Counted from the whole stretch's first letter, positions 36,570-48,489 are shown. The stretch is DNA of 53,003 nt, filler included, from Asterionella formosa (GCA_002256025.1; 4 parts of 4 records of this genome joined end to end with filler, not necessarily neighbours in it); one strand, 5' to 3'. A program made the numbers and translations. The notes: generated by a model not told the origin, from the letters alone.

Positions 36570-37793
36570 CTACATACCTCCAGGAAATGGCTGAGTAACT
36601 TCGTGAAACCACCCAGCCAGTGCTATCCTTGTGCCTTGCTTGACTACTTCTACTTGATGGGGAACAGACACTGAATCAAACATTACCAGCAAGCCTCGAA
36701 GTGGTGCAATATTGGTCGCAACTGCACCCTCGGGGTCACTACCAGCTTCCCATGCCGAGCGGTCTTCAAGCAGGAAAAATTGACTAGCAATTGTTGACGA
36801 AATGAAGAGACGAAGATCGTTTGATGGCTTCGAAGAGTCAGCGTCTGCTTTGACACATGCTTGAAGAAAATCAGTGACTGCCATACCCAAAAGTCCCTCA
36901 TTGACCCATGGCCTAGTGAGATAGTTACGCTCGTTTTCAGTAGTAATGGTATATAAAATACAATGGGGTTCATCTTGGTCATCATTGACTGGAAACCAAC
37001 TATCCAAATAGACCGGGTGAGTCATAGTATCTGCTGCCTGCAGCCATCCGACCTGCAAGTTTCCATCGTGCTGACTACCTCCAGGTCCTTTATTAGGCTG
37101 ATGAAACGTTCGAAGCGCCCCTCCATTTCTGTCAAGATCCCATCCTTCGTCACTTAAGTATATTAGCCAAGATATGGATCGTCGGGACGGGAGCAACCAG
37201 CCCTTTGCTCCCTTGAGGTCTTCGTGTCGTTCGTCCATGTGCCTGGCTAGTGTCGAACCCGAAGTGGACTTGGAATAGTAGCATTCATGTTCCAGCTCTG
37301 CATTCAACAGTGTCGGTCTATCCAAAACCTGAGCGAGCACCGCTCGTAGCGCGTGTAACTTTTGAGCCACTTTAGCAGCTTCCGTTGTAAGCAATCGTTC
37401 GTTGTCAATCGAATCCCTCCACCATGGCACCGATGCGGTCATTCTATCGCGCTGCCCAAACTCTTGCTTCGATCCTTTGACAGTGTTGGATAATCCTGAG
37501 GGAACAAACTTTCCACTTTTCGTCTCCAAATCCTTTATATCGTCAAGTAGCACTTGAATCTCTTTTTCATTAAGGAAATTATGGTGCAAATGGACTTGAC
37601 CAGCAACAGCGATGTTTCTATGGAGCTGTTCTACGTTAAGCCCAAGCTCTTGGCACAAGGACAGCCGAGCAGTTGAGGCCAATGCTGCCACATTCTGAGC
37701 TAGTATGGCGAGAGCTCCACAGTATAGGTATAAACGGACGAGCCTTGGTTGTTGATGAGCTGGAATGATATTAGTCATTATCATTGTCATCAA
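36570..37793 (-). CDS. 2OG-Fe(II) oxygenase superfamily protein (prolyl-hydroxylase-like)
   Basis: HxD (RHMDE), SWLIYL, GGALR, LVMFDS...PHQV...RIALAGWFH; exact start uncertain. Confidence 0.88.
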   Translation of the reverse strand: MMTMIMTNIIPAHQQPRLVRLYLYCGALAILAQNVAALASTARLSLCQELGLNVEQLHRNIAVAGQVHLHHNFLNEKEIQVLLDDIKDLETKSGKFVPSGLSNTVKGSKQEFGQRDRMTASVPWWRDSIDNERLLTTEAAKVAQKLHALRAVLAQVLDRPTLLNAELEHECYYSKSTSGSTLARHMDERHEDLKGAKGWLLPSRRSISWLIYLSDEGWDLDRNGGALRTFHQPNKGPGGSQHDGNLQVGWLQAADTMTHPVYLDSWFPVNDDQDEPHCILYTITTENERNYLTRPWVNEGLLGMAVTDFLQACVKADADSSKPSNDLRLFISSTIASQFFLLEDRSAWEAGSDPEGAVATNIAPLRGLLVMFDSVSVPHQVEVVKQGTRIALAGWFHEVTQPFPGGM

Positions 37794-38099
37794 TAATTTT
37801 ATACATAATTTGCAATATCGAAGCTTATGAGCGATGCATGGTGATTTTATTTATTTTATTCACATTTCGGCACAAATATATTCTATACGTGCCGGGATGT
37901 ATGATCTTTTGGAAAATTCTCGACAATGTTTGTGTTCTTTTCTTACATCGGCAGACGTACCGGTATATCATCCTCCGGAATATGATAGATTACATAAAAT
38001 GTTGTGTTCACATACCGTATGTACTCTCATCTCTCATGTACTGTTTTTTTATGAAGAGTGCATACATAAAAAAACATAGCAACGATCTTTAATATCATG

Positions 38100-38640
38100 G
38101 CTTCAGTCGCTTTGCCAAGGACCTCCACTCTTACCAGTACTCAACTTGAGTGTGGGAGCGATATACAGGAAATTTAGCCAGTAGTAGGAGAAGCTGGGTG
38201 ATGGTGGTAATGGCGGATTTACTTGGAATTCCAACACCTTGGTACCAGCCCACCTTAGTACTCATAGTCCAAAGACTATCTTGTGCTACCGCCACTTACA
38301 GGCACAGCCAGCCCAATATGGAAGACCTTGCCTTGCCTGCCAAATGGCAGCAAGCAGCACCTACACTTTGATCCCTGGCCAGGATGTCCCCAATGCCCTC
38401 CAGGATCAGCCCCACCCACCAAATGCCCTCTAACAAGGGCCCCACCCCCTGTCTTGCCTATGGCCTATAGGGCAATTCTAGTCTTTAGACCCTGAGTAAG
38501 GTGGTACCAAGGAGTTGGAATTCCTAGTGATTCTGCCATTACCATCTTCACCCAGCTTCTCCTACTAGCTAAATTTCCTGTTTATTGCTCCCACACTCAA
38601 GTTGAATAAGAATGGGAGTCCTTGGCAAAGCGGCTAAAGC
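38100..38640. mobile_element. Foldback/MITE-like element with ~150-bp imperfect inverted repeats
   Basis: 38100-~38250 is the reverse complement of ~38500-38640 (GCTTTGCCAAGGAC/GTCCTTGGCAAAGC; TCAACTTGAGTGTGGGAGC/GCTCCCACACTCAAGTTGA). No clear TSD. Confidence 0.8.
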
Positions 38641-38685
38641 TGCTGAAACCTGGGATGGACACAAGGGTGTAATCCCATTGGCAAT

Positions 38686-39012
38686 CCCCCAAATACAAAT
38701 ATGTACCCTGGCAGTTGAAAAGAATAAGAACACATTGTTTTGCCAAAACTGCTGACACTGAAAGCAACCTTGAGCATAATGGAAGACTGGTTTGGTGTGA
38801 TTTGCAATAAATGGATGACCTTTTCTGGAGTATTAACACAATGTTATCCTTCCTTTGGTTTCTGAGCTTGCTGTCAAAGTCAGCACTGCTTACTCAAACC
38901 AGTCTTCCATTGTGCTCAAGGTTGCTTTTGATATCAGCAGTTTGGGAAAACAATGTGTTCTTATTCTTTTCAACTGCCAGGGTACATATTTGTGTGTGTG
39001 GGGGGGGGGGGG
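38686..39012. mobile_element. Second foldback/MITE-like element with ~110-bp inverted repeats
   Basis: CAAATATGTACCCTGGCAGTTGAAAAGAATAAGAACACATTGTTTT has an exact reverse complement at ~38947-38992; ends are a C-run and a G-run. Confidence 0.8.
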
Positions 39013-39737
39013 TTGCTCAGTTGGTTAGCACGCCTTCATAGGTTTGATTCCTGCATTCTTCACCTGTCTTTCTATTCATGGTGTCCCTACTAGGGTTCTG
39101 GGAGTGTGGCTAATGAATTAGAAAGACAGGTCCCTGTTGTGCAGTGCGGACAACGACGGTACCAGGTACTGATCCCCGCACGCCAGCAGACGAAGTCACC
39201 ATGCTGTAAATAGTGTAGAACATAAAAAGAATACAAAAAAGAATATATATCTGTATATTAATCCTAAGGAATCAATCATTGTCTATTTATACTGGTGTCA
39301 CATTCGATTTTCATGTTGATAAGCAACACTACCAACCATAATCTGGTCATCGACTAAACTTGTTTCTTCTACTGGCGTTTAACTCTGTTTCGCTCGCATT
39401 TTGCAAGAGCGCCATCTATATGTATCTCCCTATTAATCCAGTTCCAAAGTAATGTCCAGTAAATTGGAGGTCGACGCTCCGCAAAGATCAAAAACGGTGC
39501 GCAAGGTTTCCACATTTGTAACTGACTCTGCACCAGTCCTCACTTTCCCTGTCGATGTCGTCAACCCCCTATCGCACCTATCGTCATTGGCAGACAACCG
39601 ATCGACCTACCCAGCCGTGGCTCGCTCCTGCCTTCACATCAATCAATTTGCCGGCGCGGAACAATCGCTCTGGCATGATGCCACCTACGTCAAGTTGATT
39701 TCTTCCATTCTGACTGCCGTCACTGAATGCGCGCAGT

Positions 39738-39837
39738 NNNNNNNNNNNNNNNNNNNNNNNNNNNNNNNNNNNNNNNNNNNNTTAATTAATTAANNNNNNN
39801 NNNNNNNNNNNNNNNNNNNNNNNNNNNNNNNNNNNNN
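39738..39837. other. Assembly gap with artificial linker
   Basis: N run with TTAATTAATTAA at 39782-39793. Confidence 0.97.
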
Positions 39838-40053
39838 GGCACGGAATCCCCTAAACGTAATGCGTTTGCGTTGGGTTTTTCACTCCCGTTAGCATCGTTT
39901 TTTAGGGTTACCGAAACCAAAACACTGTTTGGTTTGCGTTTTGGTCCACCGTTAGCAACGGCCTCAATACTGGATTTTTTATTTATCAATACATGACATA
40001 CCGGTACCGTAGTTCACAAAATGGCATGCATGCCGGTTGATTTATAAAGAGGA

Positions 40054-40300
40054 TACCAGGTACCAGGTACCAGGTACCAGGTACCAGGTACCAGGTAACC
40101 AGTTACCATCACGTAACATGTACCGGGTATGGTACCCTGGTAGCAGGAATTTAGTAGACAACCTGGTCCCAGGTACCACCTACCTGGTACCAGGTACCGT
40201 TAGTCTGTTGTCGCACTACATACATGGTAACCAGGTACCACGTACACCGGTGTATGGAGTACCAACAAGTACCAGTGGTACCAGCACCAGGGTACCACAC
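40054..40300. repeat. (TACCAGG)6 tandem array followed by degenerate units in both orientations
   Basis: Six perfect heptamers at 40054-40095, then many GGTACC/CCTGGTA/TACCAG variants. Confidence 0.93.
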
Positions 40301-40557
40301 TGGCGAGAATCAGTGAACCAGTGTACCGTAACATACCGTTGTGGAGTGTATGCATGTACCGCTATACCGGAATGCATGTACAGGTAGTCACAACAACATT
40401 ACCGGTACTCCCGTTATCCAATAAATAATGACACTTGCATCGATTTAATTACATCATACCGGTACGCTCACTAAAGAAATTCAGCAGATTATGACACGAA
40501 ACATCAACTCATGTTGGCTCAGTCCATCGATCCTTCTCGCTTCTTCCGCATGACAAA

Positions 40558-41869
40558 ATGATCCGAGACGGAAGCAGTAAGCTCCATCAGCTTCTTGCAG
40601 GCAGCAGCAACACACACGACGAGAAGACTTCCTCTCGAGGATCATCTGTACAAGGAGCTGCTTTGAACTTTACCAACACCATTGTAGGTGCAGGATGCAT
40701 TGGCTTGGGAAATGCCATGGCTCGCTCTGGGGGGCTGATATCCATTGCCCCTATTCTGTTTTTCGCCATTTTGACGAAGCTCTCTTTGATTTGGTTATTG
40801 TCCTATCCGTCGAAACAGAGGGAGCCCTAGGATCGTATGCGCAACTAGGACAAATCGCCTATGGTATTCCAGGTCGGATAGCTGTCATGATATCAAAATT
40901 TCTGTGCTCTTTCGGAGGTCTCGTTGTCTACATCAAAATTGTGAAGGATAACTTTGCATCGGCTTTGCGTGATCTCACAAAACAGGAATATAATCAAGAT
41001 TTTGTCACCTTGCTTCTCAGTGCTTCTGTCGTGCTACCCTTATGCCTACTTCGAGATATGACTCATTTGGAGCGTGTCTCCATCATTAAGATCTTTGTTC
41101 TTGTATCTATTCTATCGAAAATAACATACCTATATGTCACAACCCTGGAGGCACTGTTCGAATAACAGGTGGATCCACCAATTCAAAGTGGTTCGAAGTA
41201 CGGGTTGGAACCTTTGTGTTCACTTTTGTGGCTCAGCACACTGTTAATCTTGCCTTTGAATCCCTTCGAACTGAGCTAAGGTCAGTGGAGTGCTGGAAAC
41301 TCGTGTCGACAGTGCTTCTCTCGGCGTCCTTGTCGTTAGGGGTAGGAACTATGGTCCATATTACCTTTTGGCAACAAACTACAAGTGCAATCTTGGAATT
41401 GTACCCGCCTCTACCTGCCGTGGCGATCGCAAAATCATTACTATGCTTCATGGTGATGTTTACATATCCACTATCTTTCTTAAGTTGTCGCCAAATAATA
41501 ATCACGCAAATACCAGGATGGAATGAAGTCATGATACGACCCGATCGAAACCAGTCAGAACGCTGGTTCTTTTGGGACGGGCAAGACAAGCAATCGATCT
41601 CATCACTATACATTGCTGTGACAGTTGCCCTCTGGGGCACAACGACATTACTTGCCATCCTCCTACCATCGCTTTCTTTTGTTCTTGACCTTGTTGGATG
41701 TGCAACAGGCACAATAATTGCCTTTGTTTTGCCTGCCCTATTTTGGTTCAAACTCCGAGGCTATTCTAGCATTGCTGTTCTCATTCTAGTGGTCGGCGGT
41801 GCGGTTGGCCTAGTTGGAACATATTTCAGTCTCCGGGACTTGGCACATGATGCTCTTCTGTTACTTTAA
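40558..41869 (+). pseudogene. Amino-acid transporter (AAAP/SLC38-like) split by two -1 frameshifts (pseudogene or sequencing error)
   Basis: GAALNFTNTIVGAGCIGL, SY..LG..AYG, LPLCLLRDM..L, GTFVFTFVAQH, FTYPL and LDLVGCATG..IAFVLPA lie in three frames. Shifts at ~40786 and ~41141, with no intron-sized gap. Confidence 0.85.
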
Positions 41870-42066
41870 CCTGACATCATCAACCTACTCGGAGTCCTGT
41901 CTTCTCACGGAAAGTTGCAGACTCGCTAATTCAGGTGCAACCCAATATAGGACATTGCTGTATGGCTTGGAATGCTGAGGTCTCCTATCCAGGAGTAATC
42001 CATGCAAGAGAAGCGGCAATCAGCTGAAACAATTATTTTAAATGACTAGCAACTTACGTATCGTTG

Positions 42067-45000
42067 CTACAAATCCCACGCATCCAACGGTCCATCGCTC
42101 CCAGGATCATTTCTCATATCGTTCGATGATGAGACCGTTGACATAGTAGGTTGAGATGCGCTTCTATGAATACCCACTTCACCCTCCTCATCTGAATCAT
42201 CCCAATTGCCTTTTGAGTTAGCTAGCTGCGCCAGGTCTTCCTCCAAGGATTTCGTCGCATCAACATCGTCGGCGATAGCTTCATCTTCAGTTTGACCAAT
42301 AATGTGTCCTTTGGTATTGCGTTCGGCCTTAGCAAGCTGATTCTCCGCTGTCTTAAGTTGGGCTTGCTGCCGTGCCAAGACGTCCTTGAGCATCTCTGCT
42401 GCAGTCGTCCCTCCTCGGACACGACGCAATTGTTCCGGTTCATACCGACCACGAGGAATTCCTGGCTTGTCCATATTCAAGCCATGTGCATCCGCCCAAG
42501 CCAACCAAGGCATCCATGTATCGGGGTCACCTCTACGTAGCGTTTGGTCGTTTCCAATCACAATGAGAGCCCGTCGAGCTCGAGTAAACGAGACATTGAC
42601 ACGACGCCAATCAGAGACAAATCCAACAGCTCCATAATCATTACTTCGAACGGCGGAAAAGACAACTGCTTCTTTTTCTCTACCTTGGAAACCATCCGTC
42701 GAAGAAACTTCAACGTATGGTGGAGCACTGCAAAGCTGTTTGGTCATACGTCGAATCAACCGGGCTTGCGCTGCATATGGAGTCACAACAGCAATATCAG
42801 AAGCAGAACATTGACCACCTGCCAAAAGGGCTGCAACTGCATCGCAAGTGGCTGCTGCTTCGGCTTCATTGATCTTACTCACGCCATCGTCCATTTCTCG
42901 ACCGTGATTAACTGGAACAAATGCAACTGGGAATTCTTCACGTGGCCAAGGAAACCCTGCCAATGGGCGTCGCTCTGGTGCGCTGACTCCGTTGCGAAGC
43001 TTTCCTCCGTAAAAGAGGTCAGAAGGAAACATTGCGATTCCTGGGTGCATACGGTATTGAGTATCAAGCATGACTGATTCATAGAAGCGGAATGGTGAGT
43101 AATCTGAAATTTTGCAATTTATGACCTTTCCATGATAGGCGCGATATACGAACAAAGCTTACATGGTGGAACACCGCAGGCTACCATTCTCGAAAAGAGT
43201 GGAACTCCCAAGCCTTCCTCTTCCGCTCTTGTGCTCAATACAGTTGGCGGCAACTGACAATGATCACCCACCAAGACAAGTTGACGGCATCCTCGGGTCA
43301 AAGGGACGAGGACAGCAGGCTCCGTTGCTTGTGTCGCTTCATCCAGCAATACCCTCTCAAACACCAACTTATCCAAAATATCGCCACCTGAACCAATGCA
43401 CGTACAACACACAACTTGGGCATTTCGAATCAACTTCATCTTCTCCTTAATTGCAGAAGCTGATGTTGCTTGCTCGCGGTTGCCAGGCTGGGCGGGCCTA
43501 TCAATACAGAACCGCAATAGCTCTGGACGAATCGCCTCTGGTCTTCCCAATCGTACCACTCGCAGTCCCGCATTTGCACACCCTTCAACCAAATTGTCTA
43601 CGGCAATATTTGAATCACTGGTGGCTAAAATCGGATTGGGCTGCTGGCCAGTCGTGGCAGCCTCCGATGCTGCTAATCGAGCCCAATGCTGCAATATTCG
43701 AATTGCCACCGCCGTTTTGCCCGTGCCTGGAGGTCCTTGCACCAGTGTTAGACGATTTGTCGCAGCTCCCTCCACTGCCAAGGCCTGACTTGCATTCAAA
43801 CCTTCCAATGCGCCGTGCCGTTCCAATGCCAATCGAGACGCATCTTTGACACAGTCTGCGTCATCCCCTTGATCTTGTTCATTCCAAGCCACTGGTTGTG
43901 AACATAGTGCCGCAGTTGACGTCATTTCCTGGCTCCGAGTGGCGCTCAAGTTATTCATGACCATATTTTCGTCCATGGCCGTAATGGCTTGAATCAATTC
44001 TGGGGATGGACGTCGCAGTGCGTTGTCCAACGGCGCTGCCATGGCAACAGCAGCTGCCAACTGTCGATTGAATCCCATACGATTCGCCAATTTATCAATG
44101 CGGTAGACATTTCCTTCAACTGCTTCGGTCAACATGTTGTAGAGTTGTGCATTTGTCTTGTCTTGTAGACGTAACATCATAGGGTTGGTACTGGTGACCG
44201 TGGCTTCAATCATGTTCCGATCCAACGATTCTGCCGACATAGGGTAGGGCCCAGCGTAGGGCAAGATACTAACAGCATCCCCAGCTTGAATCCCTCGATT
44301 CTCCATACTGTCAGGGACAAAAACTCCCAATTGATGCCCTGGATCCACCAAAAGCTCTGTTATCTTTTTTGCTCGTTTAAGCTTTGCATCCACCACGCAC
44401 ATGGACGAACGAACCAGCCGCTCACAAGGTGCCGAACAAATACGGTCGCGGGCCGACGTCGCCTCCTCCAAAAACTCCAGGGCAATGCCACGTACAATTC
44501 TCAAAAAATATGTTCGCTTGGTGGGCACGTCAAATTCCGTCGCAATGCAGAGTGCGTTAATCATGTCGGCCGCGACAAATGCAGACGAGTTTCTTAAATT
44601 TTGAGGGAGACACAGGAGGATCGATTGTGCCTGTACACAAGACATGGTTCCTGGAAGGGTACAGTTGCGTAAACAATAGAGGCCCTCGTCAAACATGGCT
44701 GCCATAACATATGCTTTGAGGACTGTTTCCAAAACCGTGGCTTCCAATGCAAAGTTGTGATTGGCCCTATCGTGGAGTAGTCGAGTGAGTGTGGTCGGGT
44801 CAGATCGTTCAACGCATGCGCGTACCTGTCGATTGAACAAGAGCGCAGCCTTGCGATTGGCCTTGTGATCTGTAGATAAACCCTTTTTCTTTCCTCTCGA
44901 TTTTTTCGAAGCAGCTGCTGCTATGGGTTCGTCCTTCTCGTTCAGTGATTCTACCGAGTCAACCTTACGAACCTTGACAAGGGACGCTGATGTGATGGAC

Positions 45001-45740
45001 ACTTGCTGGGCTGGGAGATTCTTCAAAGCGTCTGTGGTGGTGACAATGACAGGTGTAGGAGGTTCTTCAGGTGCTGTAGATGTCAAAAGCTGATCAGATG
45101 CTTGCTTCGGTTCCTTTTTCTTGCGAAGGAGTTTCTTCCTTTTCGGTTTGTCGTTTAGCGTATTGCTTGCGGAAATTTCAGCGACAGTAGTCGTATCAAT
45201 AGCTGCGTCCAGTTGGTGTTGCTTGACAACCGACTCTTGTAGAAGATTAATTGACGCTAGCGAATCCGCGAGTTTGCTCTCAATTGCCAAAGGGTCCGTA
45301 TCAGAATGATTGCTGCTTCCGTTCGTGCTGTGCTGCCTTTTCAAAATGATTGGAATTCCTGGTTTGGTGGGAATCAATTCCGAAGAAACGGGAGGAACAA
45401 GGTCAATGATTAATTCTTCCTCGAGCTGATCTATCATTGTGGCATCAGCGGGTCTGCTGGCCGCATTGCCGCGTCCAAACGGTCTCACGCCGCTACGAGT
45501 TCCTCGTCCACCACCACTTCCGCTTCTCGCCAGAGACTTTTCCCCAGGGACCCCGTCAGTAGAAGCAGATGCATCGCTATTTCCTCCTCGGCTCGAGCGG
45601 CCTGCTCTTCCTCGTCCACGTCCGCGCTGTCTCGAAGGATTCCTTCCAGCCCGTCCCGACGAATTTGATTCCGCTGCGGGCAACGAGGCGTTCGATTTCA
45701 CTTGCTGGTACTGCCTTGATTGCTCCGTCGTTTCTATCAT
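42067..45740 (-). CDS. Upf1-like superfamily-1 helicase (~1194 aa); exons 45740-43163, 43073-42067
   Basis: QGPPGTGKT, SNIAVDNL, DEATQ, LVGDHCQLPP, QYRMHP, VTPY, DGFQGREKE, RRVNVSFTRARR. 89-nt intron GTAAGC...ATCAG. No Upf1 CH domain, so not called UPF1. Start uncertain. Confidence 0.92.
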
Positions 45741-45939
45741 AAGCACAAAGAGTGTTATAACGTAATGTATATGTGTGGCGCAAACAAGAGCCCAAGTTTG
45801 CACGATGTGAATGTTCAACAACAACACAACAAGATAATGGAATGAAATGGAGGCCGCTGCTTGTCTGGGAGAACAAATTTCTCGTATTTTGCTTGGATTG
45901 GAGCATTGGTTGCATCATCATTGATATGTCAGTCCTGTG

Positions 45940-46395
45940 CTGGTTCCAGGGACCAGGGTACTACCAGCTACCTGGTACCTGGTACCTGTAGTACCACTTA
46001 CCAGGGTACCAGGTACCAGCATCCAGTCATAGCATTACCTGGTACCAGGTACCACGTACACGGCTACATATGTACATAGCCATCATGCCAAGTACGGGTA
46101 ACTGGTACACCTCCTGGTATCAGAACCAACTGGCACTCCGTACGTTCAGGCAGGTGAGTACCAGGTACCAGTAGCTGTTGAAGTGGGTCATAGATTCTAG
46201 AGACACCAGTGGACGGACGAATGTCACATGACATGGACGAATGCAGTACCATAACAGTCGTGGTTTACCGGTAGTTATATTTTTAAATGATTGATCAATA
46301 CATAAAGAAAAAATAATGATTCTGGTGGTGGCTGAGGATGGGTGGAGGATGGCTGCTCGCCCTTCCATTACCGGTACCTGGCTACCCGGTATCAG
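45940..46395. repeat. Degenerate TACCAGG/CCTGGTA motif cluster
   Basis: CCTGGTACCTGGTACC, GGGTACCAGGTACCAG, TACCTGGTACCAGGTACC and similar, upstream of the helicase. Confidence 0.85.
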
Positions 46396-48199
46396 GGACA
46401 TCCGGAAAACGTGATAATTTTGGGGGGTTAAATATTATTAGCTAATTATTCAAAACTTTAGACCGGTAGCTACATATATTGAGAGCACGTCGTGCAAGGG
46501 CTAGCACGCTTCCATGGAGGCTTGGCTTGTGCTCATGACCCTTGCTGCTTAAGTTAAAAGTAAATATGCATTTGGTTCTTAAGTTAAAAGTGAATGAGCG
46601 TTTGGTGCTTATGTTCATAGCATTCATTTACACAGTTGGTCTCATCAGCCTCCCTTTTGAGGTTGCCAAACAAGCAATCGGCGATGTATCGTCCCTGTTC
46701 TGGTGTCAAATCCCTCTTCTTATGTATATTGACTACTGAAGGGTCAATGAAAAGGGGGGGTCCAGAGCAAACATTCCAATCAGGGCACGATTCTTCAAAA
46801 AAACCGCCAAAAAAAATTTGAGGTGAGGTTCACCTAATTCTAGTTTACTTAGAACATATATATTATGAACACCATTTTGTTAGGAATAATTTTTAATAGT
46901 AGGGGCTGTTAGCTGGAGGGATATCAGAGCTTGCGCTTCATGATTGGCCAAGCCGCAAAAGTTTTGGTGCAACTTTATATGAACAGAGGGAGTAGCGATT
47001 TATATGCTAACCAATGCTTTGAAATCGTCAATTAGCTTGCGTTACTTCCATACTATTTAGTACCAAAGGTTGCTGTCGACGAGAAATGGAATGAAAAAGC
47101 TAATTTAATTTCTACTCCATTCAGCTGGTATCACATTTATATACTACTATGTATACAGGTATCAGAAAGTATTTCCGTTGATAGATTCATATAATGTCCC
47201 AACAGTTTTTTTGTTGGTACAAATATGCAACGACGTCATTGTGCTTACTCCTCTACCTAAATGGAGAACATCACCTGCGGCCTCTTGGCGTGACTACCTG
47301 AAACAGTACGTACGAGATTTTGTCATGAAATCCCCACAATCACCTGTGAAATGAGTTGTAACAAGAGGAGCATCACCCGACAGATGAGAACTTGAAGTGA
47401 TTGATGTGCAAGGTCCAAACGAATTCTTGACAAATACCATATGCAGGGTATACTACTGTTATGATGGACACTTAAACCCGGTTAGCTGGTACCAGTAATT
47501 ATAGTATCAACAAAAGTAATAAGAAATAGTTTTTGTGGTAGCAATCGAGTAATATAAAACACGGTTTGGGGATAAAAAAATTTCATGTATACATTAAAAA
47601 ATATGTCCTGAAAGACAATGTTATGATTCAAAATGGGTAAGATTTAATGGCTTAGATCTCCATAAATGTATGTTCTACTTCAGAACTGATCAAATGATAG
47701 CTATCCCCGTTCTATCGACTACAATAAAGTTCGTACTTGGTTCGAATTTTATCATTTAAGAAACTTCTATAATTTTAGTCGGAAGAAGGAGTTATTAAAC
47801 ATTGACTCTCAGTTTTTAGGTTGTCCCTCTGAGGCCAAGGATTTCGCCATCACGAATGTCATCCGCAATTCTCATGTTGCTGCATGAGTATACCTATATG
47901 TGACAACATTTTTCATGAATGGAATGTGATTATAGTTTACAGGGAACAGTTATATACGAAAATAAAAATGAATAAATTGAGTACCTTAATGTTGTGATAT
48001 TTTTTCTGTAGTACGTACACACAAAATATTTGGGAGTGTTGCTGTGCCAGTTGTAGGGGTACAAGATTATGGGGGATACAAGACACCAGGTTTACGATAC
48101 CAGGGTATCGGTAGCTAAATTTCGGTGTTCTTATTTGTTGTATTGAAAAACAGTCGGACGACATTGGTCGAAGCAATTTTCTCGCCACGACTTTCAAGG

Positions 48200-48340
48200 T
48201 ACTCCAACACTACATCAGGTACTGGTGCAAATATACCGTAAGTACTTTTGAACACGTGGTACCCTGGTACCTGGTACTGGTATCAGGGGATCTGTTGGTA
48301 CCTGGTATGGTATATTCTGGTACAACCCTGATACCGGTAT
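48200..48340. repeat. Degenerate TACCAGG/CCTGGTA motif cluster
   Basis: GGTACCCTGGTACCTGGTACTGGTA, GGTACCTGGTA and TACCGGTA upstream of NAPE-PLD. Confidence 0.8.
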
Positions 48341-48489
48341 CTTCATTTGAAGAATACCTGCTCTGCGGATTATTTGTGATTTTTTTGATAATCATCTCAC
48401 CACAAATCTCGTGTCCGAAACACCACATAATCCTTTTCCTACCCAGGGTCGGTTCGGTCTATGAATTCACTGTCACTGTCATTGTCGTG

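Noticed and set aside
39452..39737. ATG-initiated ORF running into the gap
   Set aside because: Only ~95 codons visible and no recognisable domain; could be real but cannot be supported.
40054..40095. CRISPR-like or telomeric interpretation of the heptamer array
   Set aside because: No spacers or cas genes in a eukaryotic context; the unit is not TTAGGG-like and is dispersed internally in both orientations.
40037..40387. ORF with YQVPGTR repeats (similar ORFs at 45861 and the 48256-48489 extension of NAPE-PLD)
   Set aside because: Simply the translation of the TACCAGG heptamer; no ATG-based or domain support.
46548..46611. ~30-bp tandem duplication containing CTTAAGTTAAAAGT
   Set aside because: Two imperfect copies in intergenic DNA with no further structure.
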